Sequence record: PV340851.1
Reading direction: 5' to 3' (one strand)
Length of the DNA stretch: 64,000 nt
Both the position numbers and the translations under genes were made by a program. Positions 20,650 through 30,310 of this stretch are shown here, in pieces. Position 1 is the stretch's first letter; every line of letters begins with the position of its first letter. The notes below the pieces were generated by a model. The model was given only the letters and a program-made list of their open reading frames with translations, ran no database searches and was not told where the DNA came from.

Positions 20650-21394
20650 CGTTCAGCATAACGATGAGTTTTCCAAGGCACTCATCGAGTCCTATGGTCG
20701 CTGGATGGGCGGCGCAGGGTTTGGGTGGCACCTTAATGAAGAAGGAATTCCTGCCGAGCAGAAGCAAGGTGAGGAACAACCTACCCGTGAAGGTGGTGCT
20801 GACGCTTCAACATCGATTCCCGATCTTTCTGGTAAGGAGGAGAAGAGTGATGAAGGACCTAAAGATATCAAAGCAAATGCAGGTGCTCCTGATCCTGCTA
20901 CCGATCTTCGCGTCGGTGCAGGTGTCAAACAGTCTCACGGAGCAGAAATTAAAGACACCACGAAGGTGGTTGCAAGGGAGGCAAAAGGTGATTGCTGCTC
21001 TTACTGCGGAGGGGAAGGGTGCTCCCGCTGTCAGAAGGAAGATAAGGAAGTAAAGAAAGAGACTGTTGAGTTTGAACTTAACGGTGAGACATACATCTTT
21101 GAAGCAGAAAAGAAGAAAGGACTTGACGGCAAGGCATGCTGGAAAGGTTATAAGCAGATGGGCACCAAGAAGAAGGGTGGCAAGACTGTTGACAACTGTG
21201 TCAAGGCAGGTTACGAACCCGAAGGTCAAGTGCTTGGTGAAAAGAAACTTGATCCCGTAGGTAAGGAAGACAAGGACATCGATAACGACGGTGACCACGA
21301 TAAGTCTGACAAGTATCTACTTGCTCGCCGTAAGAAAGTTACCAAACTGATCGGCAAGAAAAAGAAGATGAAGGAAGAAGCTGAAAAAAAGTAA
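20624..21394 (+). CDS. Charged low-complexity late protein (putative internal head protein)
   Basis: Late promoter ATAAATA 20587-20593; GKACWKGYK and LDPVGKEDKDIDNDGD motifs; ends at a slippery site. Confidence 0.8.
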   Translation: MERQKPINSVQHNDEFSKALIESYGRWMGGAGFGWHLNEEGIPAEQKQGEEQPTREGGADASTSIPDLSGKEEKSDEGPKDIKANAGAPDPATDLRVGAGVKQSHGAEIKDTTKVVAREAKGDCCSYCGGEGCSRCQKEDKEVKKETVEFELNGETYIFEAEKKKGLDGKACWKGYKQMGTKKKGGKTVDNCVKAGYEPEGQVLGEKKLDPVGKEDKDIDNDGDHDKSDKYLLARRKKVTKLIGKKKKMKEEAEKK

Positions 21395-21489
21395 AGAAGC
21401 CAGTGGTTGAGATCATGCCTGAGATTGACGACGGCGAACAAGATCGTAAACCAATGAAACCTGGCAAACTGAAGAACAAGAATAAATAA
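21385..21489 (+). other. Putative programmed -1 frameshift site and C-terminal extension
   Basis: In-frame A_AAA_AAG (21385-21391) directly before TAA; -1 frame open to TAA 21487-21489. Confidence 0.6.
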
Positions 21490-21511
21490 TCTTGCACCTT
21501 GCTATAAGATC

Positions 21512-21724
21512 ATGCTTGCATTCCTACTACCACTCGCATCGAAGATTGTCGATGCTGCTATTGCTAAGATTCCCGACGATGAGGATCTGGGTGAGAAACT
21601 GATTGAAATCTGCCTACACATTTTGCGTAAGGCAGTATCACTGACCAAAACAGATATTGACGACCAACTACTTGCGGTAGTTGAGAAAGCAATTGCCACC
21701 CGAGAAGAAGCACCAGCTGAGTGA
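21512..21724 (+). CDS. Small hypothetical late protein (70 aa)
   Basis: Preceded by TAAATA 21483-21488; followed by terminator. Confidence 0.75.
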   Translation: MLAFLLPLASKIVDAAIAKIPDDEDLGEKLIEICLHILRKAVSLTKTDIDDQLLAVVEKAIATREEAPAE

Positions 21725-21733
21725 ACATAAATG

Positions 21734-21764
21734 GGGACCTTAACGGTCCCTTTTTTTATAAATA
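21734..21764 (+). terminator. Intrinsic terminator joined to a late promoter
   Basis: GGGACC-TTAAC-GGTCCC plus T7, then TATAAATA (21757-21764). Confidence 0.8.
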
Positions 21765-21795
21765 CATAATAGCAAAAGTAATCTTTGGAGATCCA

Positions 21796-22371
21796 ATGTC
21801 CCTATACGGAAGAACGGACAGCAATGCTAACAAGACCAAAGCTGGTCGTGGAGTGTCTGCATCGTCCCAAGCAAAACAAATTCTATTCATTGACGACACA
21901 GAAGCAGCACTCGCGGAAAACAAAGCACGCGGTCTGAATGCTCCTGGTTGGTGGTCCTACTACACCTATACCGATACGGAAGGTCACACTCGTCATAAGG
22001 CAGAGATGCTGGTAACCATTGCTGGTCCTGATCTCAATGCTAACGAGACCCAGGCAGACGACGCTGCAGCAGCAGATGTTTCTGTTATCATTACCATCAA
22101 TACTCAACCTGCTACTCAGGCAGTTGCTGTTGGTGATCCACTATCCTTGAGCGTTGCTGCTATTTCCACACCTCCTGGTGATGCTTCCACGCTTCAGTAT
22201 CAGTGGCAGAAGAAGTCTGGCAGACGCTGGACAAACATCGGTGCTAATCAACCCACCTATGATGTTGATCCTTATGCTGCTGAGAATGCTGGTGACTACA
22301 GAGTCAAGCTCACCACCACTACTGGTGCTTCTGAAGTAATTTCCGACACCGCTACTGTAACTACTGCCTGA
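21796..22371 (+). CDS. Virion accessory protein with C-terminal Ig-like domain (Hoc-like)
   Basis: MSLYGRTD...APGWW N-domain; LQYQWQK, AGDYRVKL Ig pattern; consensus late promoter. Confidence 0.7.
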   Translation: MSLYGRTDSNANKTKAGRGVSASSQAKQILFIDDTEAALAENKARGLNAPGWWSYYTYTDTEGHTRHKAEMLVTIAGPDLNANETQADDAAAADVSVIITINTQPATQAVAVGDPLSLSVAAISTPPGDASTLQYQWQKKSGRRWTNIGANQPTYDVDPYAAENAGDYRVKLTTTTGASEVISDTATVTTA

Positions 22372-22378
22372 TGAATAA

Positions 22379-22735
22379 ATGATCTTCGATGAATTGACAC
22401 CAGAAAACTGGATGTTCTTTGCTATTAAACATTATGACAATCCAAATTCTGTCACATATAGTGACTTTGAAGAAGATCTAAATAGAATCAGATATATCAA
22501 AAGATTACTTAAAAGATTCGAGACATCAGGTGAACTCAAAACTCACCTGATTCTCAATCATATAATAGTAATGTATAATGTATTTGGTGATGCCGCAACA
22601 CCTTTGTTGTTTTACAAAACCGAAGCAACCCATTGGTCTTATCTTAAAGCGTTTATGCTTTTCTTAGATAGACTACCTGATAGTTTAAACAAGGATGTAA
22701 GTCAAGAATGTCTAAAGCAGTTGAATCTAATCTAA
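22379..22735 (+). CDS. Conserved T4-like hypothetical protein
   Basis: FDEL...FAIKHYDNP...F.EDL.R..YIKRL...LILNHII..YNVFG. Confidence 0.85.
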   Translation: MIFDELTPENWMFFAIKHYDNPNSVTYSDFEEDLNRIRYIKRLLKRFETSGELKTHLILNHIIVMYNVFGDAATPLLFYKTEATHWSYLKAFMLFLDRLPDSLNKDVSQECLKQLNLI

Positions 22736-23415
22736 ATGAAATGATGGCGGGAGACGGATCAGGTCTCGCGCTACCTCCTGCTTTTGTCTTTGTTAATACA
22801 AAGGCAGGTCGTAAGACTAAGAAGAAATCTGATAAGGTTGATGGTCGTACAAGCGGTGCTAAACAGATGCTCTCTCGTATCAATAAAAGAAGTAAAATGA
22901 AAGAAGAATTAGAAACACAACTTTCTGAAGCTGCTCCCTCAGAAACTGAGAGAGCACAGAAACAGATTCAGCAACAAAAGAAACTGAATCGTTCTAAGGA
23001 TCTGCAAAAGAAGCGCGAAGAAGCGAAGAAAAAAATGCAGTCCAAGACAAAAGAAATGGACACACTTATGAAGGCACGTCTTTCTGACTTTAAAAAGAAA
23101 GCAAGTGACCAGACTAAGAAACTTAAGAAAGAAGAAACTGAATTGACTACCGACATGATTAAAGAAAATTCTGACGCACTTGAAGTTGCACTCGATGTTG
23201 CAACTCAGGAACTCGATCCTCGTGGTGAAACTAACTTCGCGAAGATCACATTTAATGATGGTTCTCAGCAGAACCTAGATAACTTCTCGGCGAAGAGAAT
23301 TGCTGCTGCCTATGCACAATTGGATGAACCCAAGCAACTGCAGTATCGTTACATGCTGAACAAGGACGCTTCTACATTCCAATCCGCCCTAGACTTCGCA
23401 ATTAAAAACGTTTAG
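22708..23415 (+). CDS. Coiled-coil hypothetical late protein (start uncertain)
   Basis: Long K/E/Q-rich helix; several L/I-x-E sites. Confidence 0.75.
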   Translation: MSKAVESNLNEMMAGDGSGLALPPAFVFVNTKAGRKTKKKSDKVDGRTSGAKQMLSRINKRSKMKEELETQLSEAAPSETERAQKQIQQQKKLNRSKDLQKKREEAKKKMQSKTKEMDTLMKARLSDFKKKASDQTKKLKKEETELTTDMIKENSDALEVALDVATQELDPRGETNFAKITFNDGSQQNLDNFSAKRIAAAYAQLDEPKQLQYRYMLNKDASTFQSALDFAIKNV

Positions 23416-23425
23416 CAATACTAAG

Positions 23426-23860
23426 ATGGCATTCGGTCTAGGTAGATTAGCGGTCCTTGAATCAAAGCTCGACATTTATGAAGACCTATCACAACAAATG
23501 CTCGACAAGCTTGAAAAAGCAGTAGGGACTATCTCAGAAAATAGCAACAGAGTTGCTATCATTTTGGAGCGTCATGAAAACAGACTGGATGAAAGCGAGA
23601 GGGCAGATAAATTGATTATCGGTATGTTGGAAGAGATGAAAGAGAGGCACGAAAAGGATAATGAAACTATCCACAACAGAGTGTCTACTCTTCAAAAGAA
23701 AGTAGATACTAATGCTAAGTTTGTGATCGGTGCTGGTGCTGTTCTTGCTACTATTGTGACAGTGTTACAAGTGGTCCCACCTCTGGTCAAGATGTTGACA
23801 CCCACTGCTAATGGTGCTATCATGGGCACAGCGACACCATTACTCAGTGAGTTATCTTGA
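23426..23860 (+). CDS. Coiled-coil protein with C-terminal hydrophobic helix
   Basis: Heptad-rich body, then FVIGAGAVLATIVTVLQV. Confidence 0.75.
   Translation: MAFGLGRLAVLESKLDIYEDLSQQMLDKLEKAVGTISENSNRVAIILERHENRLDESERADKLIIGMLEEMKERHEKDNETIHNRVSTLQKKVDTNAKFVIGAGAVLATIVTVLQVVPPLVKMLTPTANGAIMGTATPLLSELS
23795..23823 (+). promoter_or_regulatory. Sigma70-type promoter for primase
   Basis: TTGACA-N17-TATCAT with TG extension. Confidence 0.7.
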
Positions 23861-24836
23861 TACTAAGTATATTAATCTAGTATCACCACAACTGAATAAG
23901 TTTACGCGAAAGAACGACAGAACGTATAACTTTCGTTGTCCATATTGTGGTGACTCTAAGAAGCATACTAATAAAGCTCGTGGATACTTTTTCAAAGTTA
24001 AGAATGACTTTGTATATAAGTGTCACAATTGTGGTGTTGGGCGTACATTTACTAATTTTCTGAAGGATCAGTGTCCTCATCTCCATGATCAGTATGTCAT
24101 GGAAAGATATAAAGAAGGACTGACAGGTAAGGGATCTCAGACAGCAAATCCCAAGTTTAATTTCAAACAACCTGTCTTTAAAACATCAAAAGTAATAGAT
24201 CTTACAGTTGTCTCGGAACTAAATAAAGAACATCCTGCAAGGCAATACTTACAGAACCGAAAAATTGAAGATCTAGACTCATTTTACTACTGTCCTAAAT
24301 TTAAGGACTGGACTAACAAGCAAAAGAAAACGTTTGATACCTTAAGGCAGGATAGTCCTAGAATTATTATCCCATTGCGGGACAAAGATGGAACCATGTT
24401 TGGTTTCCAAGGGAGATCTCTTGCTCCAAAAGCAAAGATCAGATACATCACAATCATGCTTGACGAATCTAAACCCAAGGTGTATGGGTTAGATCGTATT
24501 GACCAATCGCAACCTGTATATGTCACCGAAGGACCCTTCGACAGTCATTTCATTAGAAATGCTATTGCTATGTGTGGTAGCGATGTTAACCTCAGCACTC
24601 TGGATTGTGAGTTTGTATACACCTACGACAACGAACCAAGAAACCGAGAGATCATTGCTAAGATTGAGAAATCAATTAAGGCAGGATCTAAGGTAGTAAT
24701 ATTTCCCAAGAGCATCAAAGAAAAGGACCTGAATGATATGGTTCTTGCTGGACACAATGTACAAAATCTGGTAGAATCAAACACTTACCAGGGACTCGAA
24801 GCAACCCTTAAACTGAACGAATGGAAAAAAGTATGA
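23847..24836 (+). CDS. gp61: DNA primase
   Basis: Zn finger CPYCGD...CHNC, TOPRIM EGPFDS, YDNE, KDLND; GTG start 23847 fits the promoter. Confidence 0.95.
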   Translation: MSYLDTKYINLVSPQLNKFTRKNDRTYNFRCPYCGDSKKHTNKARGYFFKVKNDFVYKCHNCGVGRTFTNFLKDQCPHLHDQYVMERYKEGLTGKGSQTANPKFNFKQPVFKTSKVIDLTVVSELNKEHPARQYLQNRKIEDLDSFYYCPKFKDWTNKQKKTFDTLRQDSPRIIIPLRDKDGTMFGFQGRSLAPKAKIRYITIMLDESKPKVYGLDRIDQSQPVYVTEGPFDSHFIRNAIAMCGSDVNLSTLDCEFVYTYDNEPRNREIIAKIEKSIKAGSKVVIFPKSIKEKDLNDMVLAGHNVQNLVESNTYQGLEATLKLNEWKKV

Positions 24837-27145
24837 GCAATGGTATCAAGGTCGTAAAGCGTGATGGTTCTATTGAACCGCTCAACTTGGATAAACTGCA
24901 TAAGATGGTAGATGAGGCATGCGAGGGTCTCTCAGGGGTCTCTGCAAGTCAGGTAGAGATGAACTCTGGCATCCAGTTTCATGACGGCATCACCACCGAT
25001 CAGATCCAGGAGATCTTAATCCGTTCTGCTAGTGATTTGATCAGTTTGGATTCTCCTAACTATCAGTTTGTTGCTGCTCGTCTGCTTCTGTTTAGTCTTC
25101 GTAAGTCTGTCTTCAATAAGGCAGTGTGGATCGATGGTATGCCTACTGCATACGATGTTGCACTGTATAACACAACTGTAAATAAAGTCTACGATGAAGA
25201 TATCCTAGATAAGTATAGCGAAGAAGACTGGGTTAAGATTAATACTTGGATCGATCATGGTCGTGACTTCTTGTTTACATACGCAGGTCTGCGTCAAGTC
25301 GTAGATAAGTATCTCGTACAAGATCGCAGCACTGGTGAAGTCTTTGAGACTCCACAGTACATGTATCTGTTCATCGCGATGACTCTCTTCGCAGACTACC
25401 CTCTCGCTACGAGACTCGATTATGTCCGAAGATACTACAACGCAATCAGCAAGCACAAAATCAACATTCCCACACCTATCATGGGAGGGGTGCGAACTCC
25501 ACTTCGACAATTTGCTAGCTGTGTGCTTGTTGATATCGATGACACCCTCGATAGTATCTTTACTAGCGATATGGCTATTGGCAAATACGTTGCACAACGT
25601 GCGGGAATCGGTATCAACGCAGGCAGAATCCGTGGGGTCAACAGTAAGATCCGAGGCGGAGAGGTTCAACACACAGGTGTGGTCCCCTTCCTCAAAAAGT
25701 TTGAGTCAACTGTCAGATGTTGCACTCAAAACGGGATCCGAGGTGGGTCAGCGACTGTCCACTTTCCTATCTGGCATCAAGAAATAGAGGACATTCTTGT
25801 ACTCAAGAACAACAAAGGAACCGAGGATAACCGTGTCAGAAAACTTGACTACAGCATCCAAATCAGTAAGATCTTCTACGAAAGATTCATCCAAAATGGA
25901 GACATCACCTTATTCTCACCTCACGATGTCCCAGGTTTGTACGATGCTTTTGGCACTGACGACTTTGATGATCTCTATCAACGTTATGAATCTGATGGAA
26001 GCATTCCAAAGAAGACTATCGGTGCTCAAGAACTATTTCTCAACCTCCTAAAGGAGAGAGCAGAGACTGGTCGCCTTTATATCATGAATATCGACCACTG
26101 CAACTCACATTCATCCTTCAAGGACAAGGTGAACATGAGCAATCTGTGTCAGGAAATCACCCTTCCTACAGATCCACTGCAGCATATTGATGGTCAAGGA
26201 GAAATTGCTCTCTGTATCTTGTCTGCTATCAACGTCGGTAAGATTAATAAATTAGAGGACATGGAAGATCTATGTGATCTTGCTGTTCGTGGTCTGGAAG
26301 AACTGATTGACTATCAGAACTACCCTGTTAAGGCAGCAGAGATCAGTACAAAGTCACGACGTTCCCTTGGTATTGGTTATATTGGTCTAGCACACTACCT
26401 AGCAAAACAAGGAGAACACTATGACGATCCAACCGCATGGAAACTTGTCCATGACCTCACTGAATCTTTCCAGTTCTATCTGCTCAAAGCAAGCAACGCC
26501 GTTGCGAAGGAAAAAGGGAAGTGTGGATATTTCCATCGCACCAAGTATGCAGACGGTCTGCTCCCAATCGACACTTACAAGCGTGAGGTCGATGAAATCT
26601 GTGGAGGAGAACTGAATCATGATTGGGAATCTCTTAGAACATCTATCAATGAGTTTGGATTGCGACACAGCACACTGTCCGCACAGATGCCATCGGAGAG
26701 TAGCTCCATTGTGTCAAACGAAACCAACGGAATCGAACCACCTAGAGACTACTTGTCCATTAAAAAATCAAAGAAAGGACCTCTTAAGCAGATTGTTCCA
26801 CAATACAACACCCTGAAGAACAACTACACATTGCTTTGGGAAATGAAAGACAACACTGGTTACATCAATACTGTAGCAGTGATGCAAAAGTTCTTTGATC
26901 AAGCAATTTCAGGCAACTGGAGTTACAACCCAGAGAACTATCCTAACAACGAAGTCCCTGTCTCTGTTATGGCACAAGATCTTCTAAACACATACAAGTT
27001 TGGATGGAAGACAAGTTACTATCAGAATACATATGATAGTAAGAAGGATGACTTAGAAGATACAAAAGAAGAATCAAATATCGATCAATTACTTTCACAA
27101 ATCCAAGAAGCGGAGGAAGAAGCCTGTGACAGCTGCACAATTTAG
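24833..27145 (+). CDS. nrdA: Ribonucleotide reductase class Ia alpha subunit
   Basis: ATP cone VVKRDG, QFASC, SNLCQEI, LCILS, C-terminal CDSC. Confidence 0.98.
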   Translation: MSNGIKVVKRDGSIEPLNLDKLHKMVDEACEGLSGVSASQVEMNSGIQFHDGITTDQIQEILIRSASDLISLDSPNYQFVAARLLLFSLRKSVFNKAVWIDGMPTAYDVALYNTTVNKVYDEDILDKYSEEDWVKINTWIDHGRDFLFTYAGLRQVVDKYLVQDRSTGEVFETPQYMYLFIAMTLFADYPLATRLDYVRRYYNAISKHKINIPTPIMGGVRTPLRQFASCVLVDIDDTLDSIFTSDMAIGKYVAQRAGIGINAGRIRGVNSKIRGGEVQHTGVVPFLKKFESTVRCCTQNGIRGGSATVHFPIWHQEIEDILVLKNNKGTEDNRVRKLDYSIQISKIFYERFIQNGDITLFSPHDVPGLYDAFGTDDFDDLYQRYESDGSIPKKTIGAQELFLNLLKERAETGRLYIMNIDHCNSHSSFKDKVNMSNLCQEITLPTDPLQHIDGQGEIALCILSAINVGKINKLEDMEDLCDLAVRGLEELIDYQNYPVKAAEISTKSRRSLGIGYIGLAHYLAKQGEHYDDPTAWKLVHDLTESFQFYLLKASNAVAKEKGKCGYFHRTKYADGLLPIDTYKREVDEICGGELNHDWESLRTSINEFGLRHSTLSAQMPSESSSIVSNETNGIEPPRDYLSIKKSKKGPLKQIVPQYNTLKNNYTLLWEMKDNTGYINTVAVMQKFFDQAISGNWSYNPENYPNNEVPVSVMAQDLLNTYKFGWKTSYYQNTYDSKKDDLEDTKEESNIDQLLSQIQEAEEEACDSCTI

Positions 27146-28307
27146 AGTGGGACCAGAGAAGAAAAGCATCGAAGGTATGACAGTTTTTAATAAGAATACC
27201 GTAGATACTACCAAGCAAACTATGTTCTTTGGACAACCACTTGGTGTCCAACGTTATGATAACTTCAAGTATCCTGTGTTTGATAAACTTACACAGACAC
27301 AACTAGGATATTTTTGGAGACCTGAGGAAGTTTCACTACAAAAAGATCGTGCAGATTATCAGCAACTTCGCCCAGAACAAAAGCATATTTTTACATCCAA
27401 CCTCAAGTATCAAATTATGCTTGACTCCGTACAAGGGCGTGGTCCTGGGATGGCTTTTATGCCATACTGCTCACTACCTGAACTTGAGTCTGCAATGAGT
27501 ATCTGGCAGACCATGGAGATGGTCCATAGCAGATCGTATACACACATCATTAAGAACGTCTATCCTGACCCCTCTGTGGTCTTCGATGAGATCATTACTG
27601 ATGAACGTATCTTAGAACGTGCTGCGACCGTTACAGAGGCATATGATGACTTCCTACAGGCAGCTCATCTGTATGATACAGGTAACATGTGGAAGGGTGA
27701 TTGGAAAGATTCACCTACTGCTCAGTGGGAACTAAAAGAACTGAAGCGTAAACTATATCGTGCTGTTGCCAACGTCTATATACTAGAGGGCATTCGTTTT
27801 TACGTATCATTTGCATGCTCCTTTGCGTTTGGTGAAAATAAACTGATGGAAGGCAATGCTAAGATCATCTCTCTCATCGCTAGAGATGAATCACAGCACA
27901 TGACCATCACTCAGAACATTCTTAACAAGTGGAAAGCAGGTGACGATCCCGAAATGGTTGAGATTGTAAAGGAAGAAGAGCAGAACGTCTACAAGATGTT
28001 TGAGAAGTGTGTTGAGGAAGAAGTTATCTGGGCAGATTATCTGTTCAAAGACGGTAGCATGATCGGACTCAACGCTAAACTACTGCAGAAGTATGTTGAA
28101 TGGACAGCAAACAAACGCATGAAGTCTATTGGTATGAAACCAACCTTCGATGCTCCTCTTAACAACAATCCACTACCATGGACGCAACATTGGTTGTCTT
28201 CTAGAGGATTGCAGGTGGCACCCCAAGAGACGGAAGTCGAATCATATGTTATTGGGGGCATTAAACAAGATGTTGAGGAAAATACTTTCGCAGGTTTTCA
28301 ACTATGA
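27126..28307 (+). CDS. nrdB: Ribonucleotide reductase class Ia beta subunit
   Basis: FWRPEE, DSVQG, HSRSY, LEGIRFY, RDESQH, APQETE. Confidence 0.98.
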   Translation: MTAAQFRVGPEKKSIEGMTVFNKNTVDTTKQTMFFGQPLGVQRYDNFKYPVFDKLTQTQLGYFWRPEEVSLQKDRADYQQLRPEQKHIFTSNLKYQIMLDSVQGRGPGMAFMPYCSLPELESAMSIWQTMEMVHSRSYTHIIKNVYPDPSVVFDEIITDERILERAATVTEAYDDFLQAAHLYDTGNMWKGDWKDSPTAQWELKELKRKLYRAVANVYILEGIRFYVSFACSFAFGENKLMEGNAKIISLIARDESQHMTITQNILNKWKAGDDPEMVEIVKEEEQNVYKMFEKCVEEEVIWADYLFKDGSMIGLNAKLLQKYVEWTANKRMKSIGMKPTFDAPLNNNPLPWTQHWLSSRGLQVAPQETEVESYVIGGIKQDVEENTFAGFQL

Positions 28308-28486
28308 CAAAAGAACTCCCAGAGTGGAAGCGCAGAGCACTGGCAGATCCGAATCTGCCAGACAGTCATTGGACGATCTTGAGGTTGGGTCCGACGAGTC
28401 TAGCAGAAGCGTTCATTCTGGGGGCGATGAAGATCAAGTACACACTTTCCCAGACCCATGGGACGGGGACTGGAACGACGCGGTAA
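28304..28486 (+). CDS. Small hypothetical protein
   Basis: ATGA overlap with nrdB; 60 aa. Confidence 0.55.
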   Translation: MTKELPEWKRRALADPNLPDSHWTILRLGPTSLAEAFILGAMKIKYTLSQTHGTGTGTTR

Positions 28487-28504
28487 TTAATTGGGCATAC
28501 TGGC

Positions 28505-28837
28505 ATGAAAACACAAAGCGCCAAGGCAAAGGGGAGAAACCTCCAGAAGTGGGTGAGGCAGAAACTGATTGAGATGCTCGATGTTCATCCTGAGGACATC
28601 GAGTCTAGGTCTATGGGTGCTGGTGGTGAAGATCTCATCATGGCACGGGCAGCAAGACAGAAGTTTCCACACTCAATTGAATGTAAGAACGTAGAAAGGT
28701 TGAACGTTTGGGATGCCTATGAGCAAGCTTGCGAGAATTCTGGTGACTATGAACCTATTGTAGTCATGAAAAAGAATAGGAAGAAACCACTGGTTGTTGT
28801 GGATGCAGAATATTTTATCAACCTTTTTAATAAATAA
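28505..28837 (+). CDS. PD-(D/E)xK endonuclease/resolvase-like protein
   Basis: AKAKGR, GGEDL, SIECKN. Confidence 0.7.
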   Translation: MKTQSAKAKGRNLQKWVRQKLIEMLDVHPEDIESRSMGAGGEDLIMARAARQKFPHSIECKNVERLNVWDAYEQACENSGDYEPIVVMKKNRKKPLVVVDAEYFINLFNK

Positions 28838-28858
28838 AGATGCATTGCTTTTTTTACT

Positions 28859-29134
28859 ATGGAGTCAAATCCAAAGAAGAAAGAGGATGCCAAGCAGAAC
28901 AAATTTGAGTGGGCTGATGAAGGGGTGTCTACCCTGGTGCGTGTTATTATTTTAGGATGGTCAGCAGCAATTCTGACCCTTAATTATGTAACTGTTCCTG
29001 GCATTCCTCAAAAAAATATCGATCCAACTTTTATCGCCTCCGTTTTTACTGGCACTTTAGCTACGTTCGGGGTTGTTCCTGCTAAGAAGAAGGAAGAAAA
29101 GTCTGAAGAAAAGAAAGATGAAAAAATTTCTTAG
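28859..29134 (+). CDS. Small two-TM membrane protein
   Basis: Two hydrophobic segments; IDPTFIASVF motif; late promoter 28830-28836. Confidence 0.75.
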   Translation: MESNPKKKEDAKQNKFEWADEGVSTLVRVIILGWSAAILTLNYVTVPGIPQKNIDPTFIASVFTGTLATFGVVPAKKKEEKSEEKKDEKIS

Positions 29135-29450
29135 CGCCATCGTTTTACTAGCAACAATCTTTTTCGCTGCCCCTGTATGGGCAGTGGATGTTCAAATGGG
29201 TTCCAATGGAAACCTAGTATTCGACCCAGCAGAGGTTACTATTTCTGCTGGTGAGTCTGTCCATTTTGTCAATAACATGCTTCCCCCACACAATGTTGTG
29301 GTAGAGGATCACCCTGAACTTACCCACGAAGCACTAGCAATGCTCCCTGGTGAAGAATTCGACGTTACCTTCCCTGAGGCAGGTGACTATACATACTGGT
29401 GTGCTCCTCATAAGGGTGCGGGTATGATTGGCACTGTCCACGTCGAATAA
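29118..29450 (+). CDS. petE: Plastocyanin
   Basis: Signal peptide; copper ligands PHNV and YWCAPHKGAGM. Confidence 0.96.
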   Translation: MKKFLSAIVLLATIFFAAPVWAVDVQMGSNGNLVFDPAEVTISAGESVHFVNNMLPPHNVVVEDHPELTHEALAMLPGEEFDVTFPEAGDYTYWCAPHKGAGMIGTVHVE

Positions 29451-29456
29451 AGTATC

Positions 29457-29738
29457 ATGCAAAAACTAATTAATGTAGTTGCACTGCTCTCTGGTCTGAC
29501 CTCATTGGGTCTGATTGGGGGTGGTGCTTATTTGTATCTAAACAAGGATGTCTTGATTGAAGATGCAAGGGCAAAGGTAACTAAAGCAGTAACTGAAGCA
29601 GCAGTTGAAGCTGTATCTGGTGCTCTACCTGGCATGTTGGATTCAGCAATGCCTGAGTTGCCTGATGTAACTGGTCCTGCTGTACCAACATCAAAAGGTA
29701 GTAATGTAACTGGTCCTGCTCTACCCACAATGCCATGA
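29457..29738 (+). CDS. Membrane-anchored Pro-rich hypothetical protein
   Basis: N-terminal TM; duplicated VTGPAxPT (17-bp direct repeat 29665/29704). Confidence 0.75.
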   Translation: MQKLINVVALLSGLTSLGLIGGGAYLYLNKDVLIEDARAKVTKAVTEAAVEAVSGALPGMLDSAMPELPDVTGPAVPTSKGSNVTGPALPTMP

Positions 29739-30310
29739 ATAATCTCAAGATCGCTGCCATTTCGGTTGGTGGTGTAGTTGCTTTTGCACATATTGGTTTG
29801 CTTGGATATGTATTCCACAGACCAAAGCAACCTGAAATTCCTCAGGTCCCTACTATCAACATTCCAAACGGAACGCCTTATTCTTCATATAAAATTGAAG
29901 CAAATAAGGAAGGTTATAGTATTGAATACAAAGCAAACGATCCTGCCATCTTGGAATCACATAAATCTCTAAACCTGGACAAGGAGAAGAGAGGATTGTT
30001 TGGTGGCGGTCGTGAGAAACGTACTGAAACTAGGTATGATCAATACACTATGGAAGGCACCCGTAATATGGGAGGTGCGACTACAGATGAGGGAAAGTCT
30101 GCAAAAGACATAGAGTGCATCGTGGCGGACGCTGGAGCACGGTCACAAGGTGCAATGGCAGGTAGTGCTATTGCTGCTGGAGTTGCTGTTCCTGCCGTTG
30201 CTAGCATCCCCTACGTGGGTTGGTTAGCAGGTGGTTGGGCATTGCTACTAGGACAGAAAGCAGGTTCTGAATTGGGTTCACAAGTTGGAACAGTATTTAA
30301 TGATTGCTAA
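29735..30310 (+). CDS. Membrane protein with glycine-zipper-like C-terminus
   Basis: N-terminal hydrophobic helix; GAMAGSAIAAG...GQKAGSELG. Confidence 0.75.
   Translation: MNNLKIAAISVGGVVAFAHIGLLGYVFHRPKQPEIPQVPTINIPNGTPYSSYKIEANKEGYSIEYKANDPAILESHKSLNLDKEKRGLFGGGREKRTETRYDQYTMEGTRNMGGATTDEGKSAKDIECIVADAGARSQGAMAGSAIAAGVAVPAVASIPYVGWLAGGWALLLGQKAGSELGSQVGTVFNDC

Noticed and set aside
24819-24836. A6 run at the primase end that could fuse gp61 to NrdA by -1 shift
   Set aside because: The heptamer G_AAA_AAA is imperfect and an ordinary ATGA overlap explains the junction
11259-28307. Introns, inteins or homing endonucleases in gp43, gp41, nrdA or nrdB (and psbA)
   Set aside because: All are continuous ORFs of normal length, with no intein or LAGLIDADG/HNH/GIY-YIG motifs noticed
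29665-29720. 17-bp direct repeat in a Pro-rich tail
   Set aside because: Simple in-frame micro-duplication in a low-complexity linker
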